From NCBI GenBank assembly GCA_951406725.2, contig OX597817.1, forward strand, positions 73,594,001-73,658,000: 64,000 bases of DNA. The letters are read 5' to 3'. How positions within the stretch are numbered: the stretch's first letter is position 1; every line of letters begins with the position of its first letter. This document shows positions 12,378 to 25,700 of this stretch, piece by piece. A program made the position numbers and the translations under genes. The notes under the pieces are model-generated. The model had not been told where the DNA came from. It saw only the letters and a list, made by a program, of their open reading frames with translations, and did not search any database. This stretch comes from Octopus vulgaris. Its lineage: Eukaryota.

Positions 12378-14339
12378 ATAAGTACCAGAATTCAAAATAA
12401 TAAATACCGAGGTCGATTTCAAGGCGGTGTCCTAGTATGGCCGCTGTCGAACGGCAGAAACAATGAAAGATATAGGAGTACCTTTCAAGCAATATCTCAT
12501 TCCCCTTTTAAAGAAGGTAATATGATTTGAGGGTTATTCGATTACGATTTTTAGCATGCTAAGCGACCACGCAGATGCTCCCTCGATAGCTCATATAACC
12601 AAAGATAATGTTCGTTCTTGTTTGTAACTGGAGCTAAAAACTCTGCGTCTCAATATCAGTTGGTAAAAGAATTAAAGAAATTTGAGAGAGAGAGAGAGAA
12701 GAAGAGAGAGAGGCGGAAGGAGTTGGGAAGAAGAGAGAGTGGGAGACGATTGAGGGAAGAGACAGAGGAAGGGGAGAGAAAGAAAGAGAAGGAGAGAGGG
12801 ACTGAAGTAATTTAAAACATCTAAAATATCAGGGTCACAGGAGTTTGACATTTCGTTTTTGACGCAACATTCCCTGGAGGGAAACATATATTTGTTTGTT
12901 TAATAATAGAAGCTAATCGATAAAATGTACCGGACAATTTATGTTTAACCCAAACACACACACACAGACACACACATACACATACAGATACACACACGCA
13001 CACTCACACACATACACACTTCACATATTCCACCTTTCTGTTTTTCTTCTCTCCCTCTACACCTCTACACACACATACACTCTAACTCACACATGCTATA
13101 TATATATGTATATATAATATACACACACATATATACACACTCAGGTAACTACACATGACATTGATTAATTTATTTAATACACATTTATATATTTTTGTCT
13201 CTCACACATATGCACACACACATATATACACACACATACACATACATAAACACATATATAAAATATACATACAAATATATTTATTCGTACATACACAATC
13301 ACACACATATATTGTATATGTGAGTATATATATATATATATATGTGTGTGTGTATAAATGTACGCACGCATATCTACATTCATCCAAACACATATATAAA
13401 CACATGTCATTGTCATCTAGTGACATTTTTACACACTCTTTGCAACCATATTCTTTCACTGCGGTAGATTGGATGTGGTTATGTGGTTGTCTTGGAGGAG
13501 CGGAATACTCAGAGTGGTCCACTACGTCGTTTACACAGTAAAGTACACCTGATTCTGTAAAAGAGAGAGAGAGTGGGAAGAGAGAGGAGGGCAGAAAGAG
13601 AGACAGAAGACAGAGTTAGTGGTTTAGGTGGGAATTGAAGTACACCACTTGTACTTTATATTATCGACTTTAGAAGGTTAAAAGATGAACTTGGAAGGGT
13701 AAAAGATAACCCTCGACAAGGTTTGAACTCAGAACAACGAAGTAAAGCAAATATCGCAAGGCATTTGCACGATGCTCTAACGATTCAACCACTCGATCGC
13801 AATACATACGTATGCACACACACACACAAATGCTAGCGCACGTGATCCCCCTCAGACACATATAAACGCCACAGGATCCAGTAAAACGGCTTTGTTGTTT
13901 AACGCACGTGATCCCCCACAGACACATAGGAACATATGTACGCACGTACACACACACACACACACAAACACACGCACACACAATCAAAAGGAAACGAAGT
14001 GTGTGTTTGTGTAGAAGAATCAGACAAACCAAACAAATAATAAAGTCTGACGACCAAAATAAGTAATAGAAAAAATGGCGAGGAAATATGAAACGAAACG
14101 CCAACAACAGAATCAGCACAATGAAAATAAATACGTCAATACAAGAAACGACAACAATAACAAAGATGGCAACCAAACGATGGCGACAGTAATCAAGGTG
14201 CCATCAGCAACCATAACACTTTAGTACTAATCAGTTATATCATGTAACATATAGAAAAATAGAAAATATCAGAATTAAACTGCTTAGTCCACGAGAAGCG
14301 AACTTGACTCTGAAGGCCTCAATATCATACATCGCCTAA

Positions 14340-14760
14340 AGATGGTGAACTGGCAATATCGTTAGCTCGCCGGGTAAAAGGCTTAGCGACATTTTTTGTC
14401 CTTCCTTACGTTCGGCGTGCAAATTCCGCCGAGGTTGACTTTGCTTTTCATCCTTTTTGGGTTGATAATATAAGTACCAGTTGCGTACTGGGGTCGATCT
14501 AATCGACTGGCCTCTTCCCCAAAAATTTCGAGCCTTGTGCCTAGAGTAGAAAAGAGTATCGTAAGCTCGCCGGACAAAAGGCTTAGCAACATCTTTTGTC
14601 CTTCCTTACGTTCTGCGTGCAAATTCCACCGAGGTTGACTTTGCTTTTCATCCTTTCAGGGTTGATATAACAAGTGCCAGTTGAGCACTGGGTTCGGTTT
14701 AATCGACTTACCCGCTTCTCCAAAATTGCTGGCCCCGTGCCTAAATTTAAAACCAATATA
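14340..14760 (+). mobile_element. Two head-to-tail S2 SINE copies
   Basis: 14358-14500 is nearly identical to 14558-14700. Confidence 0.85.
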
Positions 14761-14849
14761 ATACTTCGATTTATTAGAATTACTGCTACACCCCGCAGAA
14801 ATATCGCCATGTGCTACACACTGCTGAAAAAGAGCAATGTAATGACAAA

Positions 14850-15075
14850 CAGAGTGGAGACGCGTGGCCTATTGGTTGCAGTGTCGCACTTTTGATTGTA
14901 AGACTGAGGTTTCGATTCCTGGGCGATACGTTATGTCCTTGAGCAAAACATTTCATTCCATGTTGTTCAGTCTATTCAGCGTCCCGTCCAGTGAGCGTGG
15001 TGATGGTGATGGTGGTAGCGGGGAATATAAACGCCACAGGATCCAGTAAAACGGCTTTATAAGCCTGTGACTCAG
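14850..15075 (+). mobile_element. tRNA-derived SINE (family S3)
   Basis: A-box cgtggcctattgg, B-box gtttcgattcc, ccttgagcaaaaca. Related copies at 41290-41530 (+) and 21060-21350, 37880-38050, 39050-39290, 41570-41840 (-). Confidence 0.65.
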
Positions 15076-15939
15076 AAAGTTGATTGACAAACTAAAAACT
15101 GTAATGAACTATCGGCGTAATCATACCTCAGTTGTGGGGTATTAAACAGGTGTTTCTCATAGCGCTGAAAGTAGAGAAGTGGCTTAAGAAATAGAATGAA
15201 TGCGCTTTAAGAAGTAAAATGAATGTTGACAAATTGCCATGTTTAATAAACTCAGCATGGTTTTAAACTTGTAATCTTGCTTAACACCACAGAGAAGAAA
15301 TAATTATATGGATGGGAACTTATTTTGTTAACTCAGATGCTAATGTGGTCAGAAAAATAAATCAATAATATTTTGGTGGAGGTCTCATATTAAATTAAGA
15401 ACCGCTAGATTAAAATTAAACAAAAGGAACATTCCTGTGCATGGTCTTACCGTCTTAATACAGCGCGGAAGGGTCACGACTGGATGAGGTTTTTCGACAT
15501 AAAGCCAAACAACAACAGCTGCTGCTGCTGCTACTACTACTGCTGCTGCTGCTGCTACAACTGCCCCAGCACCTGCAGGTGTTGGTATCACTAGATTTTC
15601 TGACCGAACCAAGGAAACAATCAATTGTTCAAGTAACAATCAAAAGGAAACGAAATCCCAGCACCATTTGATTTTTGTAACAAATAATAAAAAAAGTGAG
15701 AACTCCCGGAATTGCAATTAATTGAGAAACTAATTAGTTGTAAAAAATTAATTAATTGTAAAAAATTAATTCGATATAATTCATTTCAATTTATTTCTTC
15801 TTTTTATTTCCACAAGAATAGTCTTCTTAAAGCATTTGAAACCGGTAGCATATTTTAAAACATGTAGATACATTCCTTTATCCATCTTTTCTGGTTTTTA
15901 ATATAATTTATTCGTGTAATGCCTCTTACAATGTCAGAC

Positions 15940-16100
15940 GTGGGGGTTGCTGTGTAGTAACAAAATTGCTTCCCAACCACACTGTTCTAGGTTCAGTCCC
16001 ACTGTGTAAAACCTTGGGCAAGTGTTTTCTGCTATGGCCTCAGGAGACCGAACCCTTGTGAGTGGATATGGTAGAATGAAACTGAAAGAATTTCGTCATA
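15940..16100 (+). mobile_element. SINE S1 5' half followed by (CA)n
   Basis: Matches 29607-29765. Confidence 0.8.
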
Positions 16101-16111
16101 CATACACACGT

Positions 16112-16207
<96 letters not shown>

Positions 16208-16459
16208 ATGTGTGTGTGATAGCCGTAATCCTTAAAGAGGCTACTTGTAGTTTCATGCTTCTGAATATTGTACGTAGATCGAAATGTAAAACGCTTTCTA
16301 AAGTTTTTAGCTTCAAATAAAATTTGATACTTCACTTCAATTTTAACATCGAGATCACTCTTTTCTCTTTGTTGCTTGTACGAACGAGCATACAGTTGTG
16401 TGTGTGTGAGTGTGTGTGTGAGTGTGTGTGCGTGTGTGTGTATGTGTTTGTGAGTATGT

Positions 16460-16615
16460 TTTCTCTCTGTTTATTTCATCGTGTTCCTTTCTGCTGAAGA
16501 GCGTTGGCTCGAAACGTAAAAGACTTTCTCATCTTCTCAAGCGTCAAACTAATACACCTGCTTGTTGTTTATACACCTGTCTTCGTCTTCTGTTTTTCTG
16601 TAGATTTCAACTACA
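16460..16615 (+). mobile_element. Short HHR-like repeat, family H-B
   Basis: cttt-CTGCTGA-a-gagc-gttg-gctc-GAAA-c-GTA-aaag; homologues at 19785-19985 (+), 36000-36120 (-), 53670-53920 (-). Confidence 0.75.
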
Positions 16616-16896
16616 TATACACATACACGTCAGCATACATATATAAATACATATCTACACAAATATGTACCTACCTATTTGCAAACAAACGCACAGATAC
16701 ACACCTACTCACACACATATGTAATTGAGTGTGTGTAATGTACACATATTCTATTGTAAGATATGCGCGTGTTTATAGGCGGCATGAAGAAGTTAACTGA
16801 CATGAAATAATTAATTATAGCGGTAATATCTCTTAGAAAAGCATAACATTATATATGCACGCACTCTCAAACAAACACTAAGAAATATAAACTGAA

Positions 16897-16928
<32 letters not shown>

Positions 16929-17147
16929 GTATCTATGTGTTTGTGCGTCTGTGTGTGTATATACATTTATAAATGTATATGTGTGTGTATATGAGAGAGA
17001 GAGAAGATAGTATGTCAGATTATATATCTTGCCGACACAAAGAAAATTATACTAACCACAGCAAATATGTTTACCAAAGTATACAAATCATGCATAAAGT
17101 GATATAATTTACATGAATACAATATAGGTGAAGCATCTCCAGACATC

Positions 17148-17201
<54 letters not shown>

Positions 17202-17649
17202 ATCTATATATATATATATGTATGTATGTATGTATGCATGTATGTATGTATGTATGTAGGTAGGTATGTATTAATGTATACGTACACATACGCATGCACA
17301 TACGCACACATAGTGAATCACAAACGTACACACACAAAGACACGTATATATAGAAAGAGCATAAATGAGAAAAACATGCTAAATTGTATTTGAATTACAA
17401 TTTGAAATTGTTACTTGTTAAATAGTTATCACATTATCGTAGACTTATCGCATGAAAATTCAATAAATGTTGACGTTAGCGCATTTCTTCTTAACAGACA
17501 TCTGCCGTACGCACACAACTACGCAAACGTTAGACATACGCACAGATACACACGCACATAAATATACACGTCTGCACTTTTATATAGGTTTATATATATA
17601 CGCGTGTGTATATGTCTGAGTATATATATCTGCTTCTCCATATAAATAT

Positions 17650-17720
<71 letters not shown>

Positions 17721-17846
17721 CCATACTAATATGGCATTCTTATAAAAATATATTTTCCGGGAACGCTGCCGCTGTTCTCTTTTAGAGAGACTTAGTTATT
17801 TTAATATTTCTATTATATATATATAAATATATATATATTATGTATG

Positions 17847-17937
<91 letters not shown>

Positions 17938-18638
17938 ACGTACGTGTATGTGTATATAAATGAATATATACATATATAATTCCCCCCAAATACTAGGTAG
18001 TGAACCAGTGTTTTCTTGGATGAAACCATCACTTCATGAGGTTAACACACCCTCTAATTGAATTTATTTATATATATATGTAATATATTTTACTTTGAAT
18101 CTCGTACTGTTACTCTGAGTTTCACAATTTCTGTATCGAGGAGATGGTAAATGGTTGAGACGTAATAGAAGAAATTACCCGAGTATGAAATGATAACGCC
18201 AGCTGATCACTGGTTATTAGTTAAGATAAGCCACGTGAAACTCACCGAAATGGCGTAAGGCTTAGATTTGCAACTGTATAATAATTATCGTAAAATAAGA
18301 GGGAATTTTCTTCTTAAGAGACACGGTTGAACCGCACTTAATATAAATTCACATTCTGGTTTAAGTATTGAGTAGTGAGTAACTCACTCCAGTTTGCTTC
18401 ATAAAAGCTCGCTGGGTTTCAAGGGGAGAAAAAAGAAATGTTTCTTCTATATTCATGATATCACCGACTGGGTGAGGATCTTAACATTGTTGATTGTATA
18501 TATATGGCAACAGTTATTCATTTGCTTTCAGAACAAAATTACAATTAATTGTAAAATTGTGTTCTTTCTCCCTTAAAACATTACTTTGAAGGTGAGGTAA
18601 ATTTTTTCTTACTTTTTGCATCAAAAGGAATGGGTGTG

Positions 18639-18752
<114 letters not shown>

Positions 18753-20019
18753 GTGTGTCTTTAGAAATGTTTGCAGTTAATCAGATTTAGGACTTTACCG
18801 TTTAATAATTCTACGTCTGCACTGTATACTATTTCTTTCGATTGACTTTTTCTTTTTCTCTCGTGAGCAGTTACTGATGTTTATAGAACTACATTCAGGT
18901 AAGCTTGCTCGTATGGTATTTATGAATATTTAGTTTTGCTTCGAGATTGTAGTCCTATATTTTCTTCACATCTGTAGCTAAACGTAATAGATGTTTTATT
19001 GAAGATTTAGCGATAATTGGATACAGTGTGAAAATGTATTCTCTTCAATCATATGAGTAACACTTCTACATTTGCAAATGCTTTTAAATTATGAGTAGGA
19101 TTAAAGCAGATTACTTGTTATTTCTATTTATTCATTGTTTGATATTTCATCATGCTGTTTAAATAATTTTTGCTTGGGATTTTAATATATTATGGAACAC
19201 CTTTATTGAAGTATTTCGCTTTCTAACGATCGGTTCGATATGTATCTACTAATATTGTATGTAATGAATAAAGCGGCGAGTTAGCAGAATTGCTAGCATG
19301 CTGAGCAAAATGCTTAGCGGAATTTCAAATTCCGCTGACGTGGACTTTACCTTTCTTTCTTTAAGGCAGCAAGCTGGCAGAATCCTTAGTACACCGGACA
19401 AATTGCTTTGTAGCACTTCGTCCGTCTTTAAATTGTAGCCAAATATTCCGTGGTATTGGAAATCGTGTAGGTTACCTCGATAGAGCAGTCAGAAGATTTC
19501 CTATTCTCTGTTCCTGCTTTACATAGAAGGAATATGTTTACATTTTAAATATTTCTGTCACAGCAAGGTTATTTAGTTTTCTTTCCGACCCTCTGCTTCA
19601 TGCAGTGCTGTACATAAGACAACATACACCTATGTATATGTAGGTATGCATATATACATATAAACACACACACACACACACACGCATATACATATATGGT
19701 TATATATATGAATATACGCCTATATTTTTTAGATAAGGTTGATAGAGAGGTAAGCAATATAGATATCTTCTATGGAAGCAAAGGACGCCATGATAGATCG
19801 TTAGCTCCTACACGCATTTTTTTCTCTCCTTGTTTTTTTCTGCGTATCTTTCTGTCGAAGAGCGTAGGCTCCAAACATAAAAGACTTTTTTCTATTTCTA
19901 TTCCTGAGCACTATACTAATACATTTGTTTGTTTGTACTCCACCTGCCTTCGTCTTTTGTTTATTTTCGTAAACTTTCCCGTTATATATATAGTTACACT
20001 GGATCTTATTTACACACAC

Positions 20020-20087
<68 letters not shown>

Positions 20088-20590
20088 GTAATTTGCTATG
20101 TGTGTGTGTGTGTGTGCGTACGTGCATAGATTAACACATTTAAGAAACATATTACAATGAAAATCATACTTTTTTATGAAGCTATTGGTATGTTTATTAT
20201 TTTTTGTTTGCATATTAGTGGCACCACAAGTATCGCCATCAATATCATTATAATCACCCTCACCTTCACCCACCACTGCCAATACCGCCACCACCATTAC
20301 TACCACTATGATCACCATCAACAACAAAAACAAGAGCAATAAAAACAACAACAATGTTTTTCCTGTCACAATCATGAACGCCCTATATGTTTATTAGATG
20401 AAAATGAAAATAGCTATAAAACATGAATGGGCATGATAAATATACACGTATGTATGAATGTATGTGTGTATGTATGTGTGTATGTATGTATGTATGTTCG
20501 TACGTACGCACGTATGTATGTGTATGTGTGTATATATATACATACCTATATATATATATATATATATGTAGATATATATATACGCATATA

Positions 20591-20634
<44 letters not shown>

Positions 20635-20635
20635 T

Positions 20636-20690
<55 letters not shown>

Positions 20691-21848
20691 CATATATTTC
20701 AGTATATATAGCTTTCATATTTGCATACTTATGTATATGCATAAATGTATGAAGGGATGAAATATATCACGCTGTTTTGAGCATAAAATATATGCTATTG
20801 CTTTATCAATGATGATTCGTCAAAAGCCCATTTATGCAAATGAAGTCACTCTACACAGTGATCGCTTCATTATAGCTGCTTTACATGGCTGATGAATATT
20901 CTATGCTACAAATTGTGGAATTAAGTTGAGTTGGCCATCTTCGAATTACGTTCAAAAGACTCCCCACTATTTTTCTGAACAAATATAGAAGGGATGTGTT
21001 TACATTTTAGTTATTTCGCTCACAGTAAGGCTTTCTAATATTTAATTTCCCTTGTGCATTATATATCACGTGATCGTGATCAACCAGGCTATCGGATGTT
21101 GTTATACATTACTGGTTATAATGCGCTTTGTATTGTTTTACTTTTCTAATTACACTACCCTGCTGGCTAGGCGATCTGGTCAACATTCTTCTTGAATGGA
21201 AGGCCATTCCGTGGTCAGATCACCAATTTACAGCTGAGTAGATTGGAGCATCGTAAAGCGAAGTGTTTTGCACAAGAACACAACGCGCAGCGGGTCTGGG
21301 ATTCGAAACGACTATCTCCAGATTGCGTGTGCAACCCGTCAACCCACTAGGTTTTGCGCGTTGTACTCTTGCGCATTTTGTTCTTGTGCGTTGTGTCCTT
21401 TTGCGTTGTGTTCTTGCTCAAAATACTTCATTTCACGTTGCTCCAGTGCACTCAACAGTAAATGGTAAACCCTGCGACGGAGTGGCCTTCTGTTCAGGAG
21501 GAATGTTGGCCAGATCACCTAGCCAGCGGGATAGTATCTATCGCAAACTAAAATTAGACTTTGTGTTTTTATCCAAAATGGACACGAACACAATTCCCCC
21601 ATGTGATCGGCTTGAAAAATTGTTAAGATATTAAGATATTTTTCTATTTTTCTTAACATGAAACCAACGATAGCCTTAATTCACAAATAAAGAAATTTCA
21701 TCCACCAATGCTGTGTCGAGCACTCATTTTCATGTTCAACATTTACGTACACATACACACAAATACGTACACGCGCCGGCACACACACACACTCACACAC
21801 ACGCACACATCGTTGTCAGACGAGAATAGTCAGCTACGGGCAGCGAAA

Positions 21849-21894
21849 CTGCCAAATCACGAGATTTCGCCCTGCCTTGGCTCATCAGTGGCAG
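21849..21894 (-). ncRNA. Type I hammerhead ribozyme, intact core
   Basis: ctgcca-CTGATGA-gcc-aaggcag-ggc-GAAA-tc-tcgt-g-ATT-tggcag: 6-bp stem I, all core nucleotides canonical. Confidence 0.8.
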
Positions 21895-22054
21895 ATGTCC
21901 GGTATCGACATTACAGCTGAATCTCATTGTTAATACTGCTTCAGTTGCTATTAATTACTTTCTTTAGTAAACCCGTTGACCATTGGTGACATCAGCACCT
22001 AAAAAAAACACTGACATTTTATATAACGTTGACATTGGGATTCAGCTGTTATGT

Positions 22055-22100
22055 CTGCCACTGAGGAGCCCAAAACACGGTGAAACCATTAATCTAGCAG
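22055..22100 (+). ncRNA. Degenerate hammerhead (inverted partner of 21849-21894)
   Basis: ctgcca-CTGAGGA-gcc..ggt-GAAA-ccatta-ATC-tagcag; 22025-22070 is inverted to 21879-21935. Confidence 0.55.
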
Positions 22101-22659
22101 CTTCGGCACCCGTAGTAGATGTTTGTCTGCCAATAATATGAGTGCTTTTATGCAACATGCGTCCATACGAGAGATTCTCTCGAGCTAAATAACACTGTAT
22201 TCGGTGTTCTAAGACAATAACCTCGTTACGTTGGATGTACATAAAGCTTGCCATATGTATGTTTGTGTGTATGTATCTATATATCTGCTGGAATGCTGAA
22301 CAAGGTCCACATATTATCTGCTTTTGGTGATGAAATGTTTGTGCGGTAAAATATGTCACTTTCTCTATTAAATCGACACAGCCTTTTTAGGTGCACGTTG
22401 TACCACACGTTACATGTCGAAGAGATTGCAGAGCAACATGAAATAGAATGCTTTTCTCGCAAAGACGACAGAACGCATAATTCCCAGGCCCCTCACCTTC
22501 ACTATACAAACATTGATACGTACATACATGCATACATACGTACATGAATACATACATACACCACATTCACTCACATAATATATATATATAATATATATAT
22601 AGCAATAATAATTCTCTAAACGAGGTATAGACAGTAACTGCTCCATAACAAAAGGGACA

Positions 22660-22700
22660 TACGGACCCAGGTTTCGAGGTGTTTGCCTCTCGTCAACGTA
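22660..22700 (-). ncRNA. Minimal hammerhead, C3U variant
   Basis: tacg-TTGACGA-gagg-caaaca-cctc-GAAA-cctgg-GTC-cgta. Confidence 0.65.
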
Positions 22701-22938
22701 AGGTAGGCACCGCCCCTCGACGAACGACTCTCTGTGCAGGATATTTATATATAGATTTTCACGTAAATACATTTACTGATTTCGAAAATCTGTTCGACAG
22801 CAATAATAATTCTCTAAACGAGGTATAGACAGTAACTGCTCCATAACAAAAGGGACATTAGCCATTTGAATGTGGCTAGGGACAGGGCAGGGCGGTGGGG
22901 GTGTTACTGTTGTATTTAGCCCCAGGCGAACATCAACG

Positions 22939-22977
22939 ACGTTGACGAGAGGCAAACACCTCGAAACCTGGGTCCGT
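22939..22977 (+). ncRNA. Minimal hammerhead, C3U variant (identical inverted copy)
   Basis: acg-TTGACGA-gagg-caaaca-cctc-GAAA-cctgg-GTC-cgt. Confidence 0.65.
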
Positions 22978-23083
22978 ATGTGGCTTCCGCTTCTTCGGTG
23001 GATGATCTCCCTTGCAGGATAGAGGACGCCATGGTGTCAAGCCTTTCTGGTGACGTTGATGTTGCCTCACATACATCAAATGG

Positions 23084-23133
<50 letters not shown>

Positions 23134-23201
23134 GATACTAATACATAGATTGGTGATTTTTTTCCTTAGTCTTCCCTTCCTTGGATCTTTTCTTTTCCTA
23201 T

Positions 23202-23236
23202 GTTTCTGACGAAGAGCTCCGCTCGAAACGTTAAAC
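23202..23236 (+). ncRNA. Minimal hammerhead in family H-A element (23160-23340)
   Basis: gttt-CTGACGA-a-gagc-tcc-gctc-GAAA-c-GTT-aaac; palindromic aacgtt stem III typical of dimeric Penelope-type HHRs. Confidence 0.72.
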
Positions 23237-23369
23237 CCTCCTTCTTTCCTTCTTTCCTGAGCGTCCAATAATACTATACTTGTTACACGTCCTCGCGTTG
23301 TTGTGTTTTCTCTTTGTGTTTTCATATTTAGATTAACTTTATATATATATATTAACAGCTAGCGCAGTA

Positions 23370-24200
23370 TAAATTCCATAGAGGAAAATTTTTATCGACA
23401 CTAAATGTGACTGAGGATGCGTAAGCATATATATTATTAGAAATAAAAGCTAAAGATTCTTCATACTGTAAGAAGAGAGCAGTATATATATAATGAAAGC
23501 AGATATAACCTCCCCTTACCGTCCCTAGAATCAGTAGACTAGACTAGTTTCGCCTATTTCATAGGCATCATGGGTAGTGATTACTCAAACAGTCGATGGT
23601 TTAGCAAAATCGTCTGCAAGTATGTATATTTTTGCCATAAAAATTTATGGCTGATTTAGCGAAATGCTAATGCGTATATTAAAAATTAATATAAACTGCC
23701 AAGCCTAATATAATACCGTAACGGAAAAATGTTATCGTCATTAAATGTGACTGAGCTTGCTTAAGCTAGAAATAAGAGTTAAAGACTCTTAAAGCTGTAA
23801 GAAGAATGCAAAATATATACACTGACATAAAAGATAACCGTCCCTTGACCGTCACTAGAATCACTAGACTAGACTAGTTTCGCCTATTTCGTAGGTATTA
23901 TCAGTATTATTATATTAAATCACATTAGCATGTCACTAAATTAGTCATACGCTGTTATGGTAAAAACATATATACGCAGGGAGATGATTTAGCCAAACCA
24001 TCGACCATTTAAGTAGTCACTACCAATGATGCCTATAAAATGGGTGAAAGTAGTCTAGTGATTCGAAAGACGGCTCTATGGGGGTTATCTCTTCTGTCAA
24101 TGTATATATAATGCTTCTTACAGCATTAATAGTCTTTAACTATTACTTCTTGCAATACAAATGCTTAGGCACCCTCAGTCATATTTAGTGATAGTAATAC
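23370..24200. repeat. Two tandem copies plus one inverted copy of a ~330-bp monomer with decayed HHRs
   Basis: 23370-23680 resembles 23700-23905; 23920-24200 is inverted; consensus cacta-ctgatga-tgccta..taggc-gaaa-cta-gtc-tagtg. Confidence 0.8.
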
Positions 24201-24209
24201 ATACATACA

Positions 24210-24270
<61 letters not shown>

Positions 24271-24306
24271 GGCGTGAAGTTCTACTAATTATATCTTACA
24301 AAGAGG

Positions 24307-24383
24307 ATCACACTGACGATCTACATATAAATTGTGTAAGTAAAATGACGTAATTTATTGATAGTGAAACAATTGTTTGTGAT
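24307..24383 (+). ncRNA. Type I hammerhead with expanded domain II
   Basis: atcaca-CTGACGA-(46 nt)-GAAA-caatt-GTT-tgtgat; palindrome aacaattgtt; downstream flank homologous to 53950-54100 (-). Confidence 0.65.
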
Positions 24384-24647
24384 TAATTTATATTTTTGTT
24401 ATTTTTCATTTGTCTTGCTCGCTTACGTTTCTGGTGTGCAAAATTTTCTGGAGAACAATTCTTAGTGGTTGAGACCATAGCGGATATTCTTCTAGCATAA
24501 GGGTTTCCACATAATGGTAAAAAAATTTCCCCTTATATTTATGTATGAAATACTATTTACTGAGTCTCAGTTTTTATTATATGCTAGACCACTGGTGTTA
24601 AAATTGAAGTTATCAAATTAATATTCAATTTTTCAGCCTCATTTTGA

Positions 24648-24716
<69 letters not shown>

Positions 24717-24736
24717 GCATATATATATATATATAT

Positions 24737-24796
<60 letters not shown>

Positions 24797-24798
<2 letters not shown>

Positions 24799-25026
24799 TT
24801 TCACTTTTTTACTCTTTTACTTGTTTCAGTAATTTGACTGTGGCCATGCTGGACCACCGCCTTTAGTCGAGCAAATCGACCCCAGGACTTATTCTTTGTA
24901 AGCCCAGTACTTATCCTATCGGTCTCTTTTGCCGAACCGCTAAGTTACGGGGGCGTAAGCACACCAGTATCGTTGTCAAGCGATGTTGGGGGGACAAACA
25001 CAGACACACAAACATATGCACAAACC

Positions 25027-25066
<40 letters not shown>

Positions 25067-25138
25067 CATATATACGGCGGGTTTCTTTCAGTTTCCGTCT
25101 ACAAAATCTACTCACAAGGCTTTGGTCAACCCGAGGCT
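24797..25138 (-). mobile_element. SINE S1, 5'-truncated
   Basis: Reverse complement of 29700-30090. Confidence 0.88.
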
Positions 25139-25203
25139 CTCTCTCTCTATATATATTTGCATTATATATTTAAGTATTTATGTACATAGATTAACACATT
25201 TAA

Positions 25204-25700
25204 TTACATGGAAAAATGCGAGCATGAAAAATCCTATTCTGAAGATTACAAACCGGGAAAAGTACAGGACAAGTTATTACACATGTAAAAGTATAGGACA
25301 AGTTAGTAAAGTAAAGAATAAGAAACTTTTTACTTAAAATATTGCAGCAAAGAAAGCCAATTCTTCTAATTTATTACTCTTTACAGTTCTCATCTTTTAA
25401 ATTTATAGTACAAAACTGTTCAGCTAATTTGTAAGTTTATCTAATTAGTCAATTTTTTTTTTATTTAAGGCAGTAAATTAGCCAAATTCTACTTAAATAA
25501 GTATAGTGTTATTTGTAAAGTATAATAAAACATTTTTTTAACATTCAAATTTTAATTTTAGCTCCAATATTTTAAGTAAAAAGTTTCTTATTCTTTACTA
25601 GAAATAATAGATTGTTCTATACTTCTACAGGTGTAATAACTTGTCCTGTTCTTTACCAGGTTTATAATCTTGAGAATATGACTCGCATTTATCCATGTGA
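25204..25700. mobile_element. MITE/foldback element with ~145-bp inverted repeats
   Basis: ttacatggaaaaatgcgag..ggacaagttattacac..gtaaagaataagaaactttttacttaaaatattg is mirrored at 25560-25700. Confidence 0.8.

Noticed and set aside
15435-15490. Superficial miR-8/miR-200 resemblance (tcttacc..taatac)
   Set aside because: Seed and mature sequence do not match and no proper pre-miRNA stem forms.
18195-18265. HHR-like remnant (ctgatca..gaaa..gta)
   Set aside because: Core and stems too degenerate to count.
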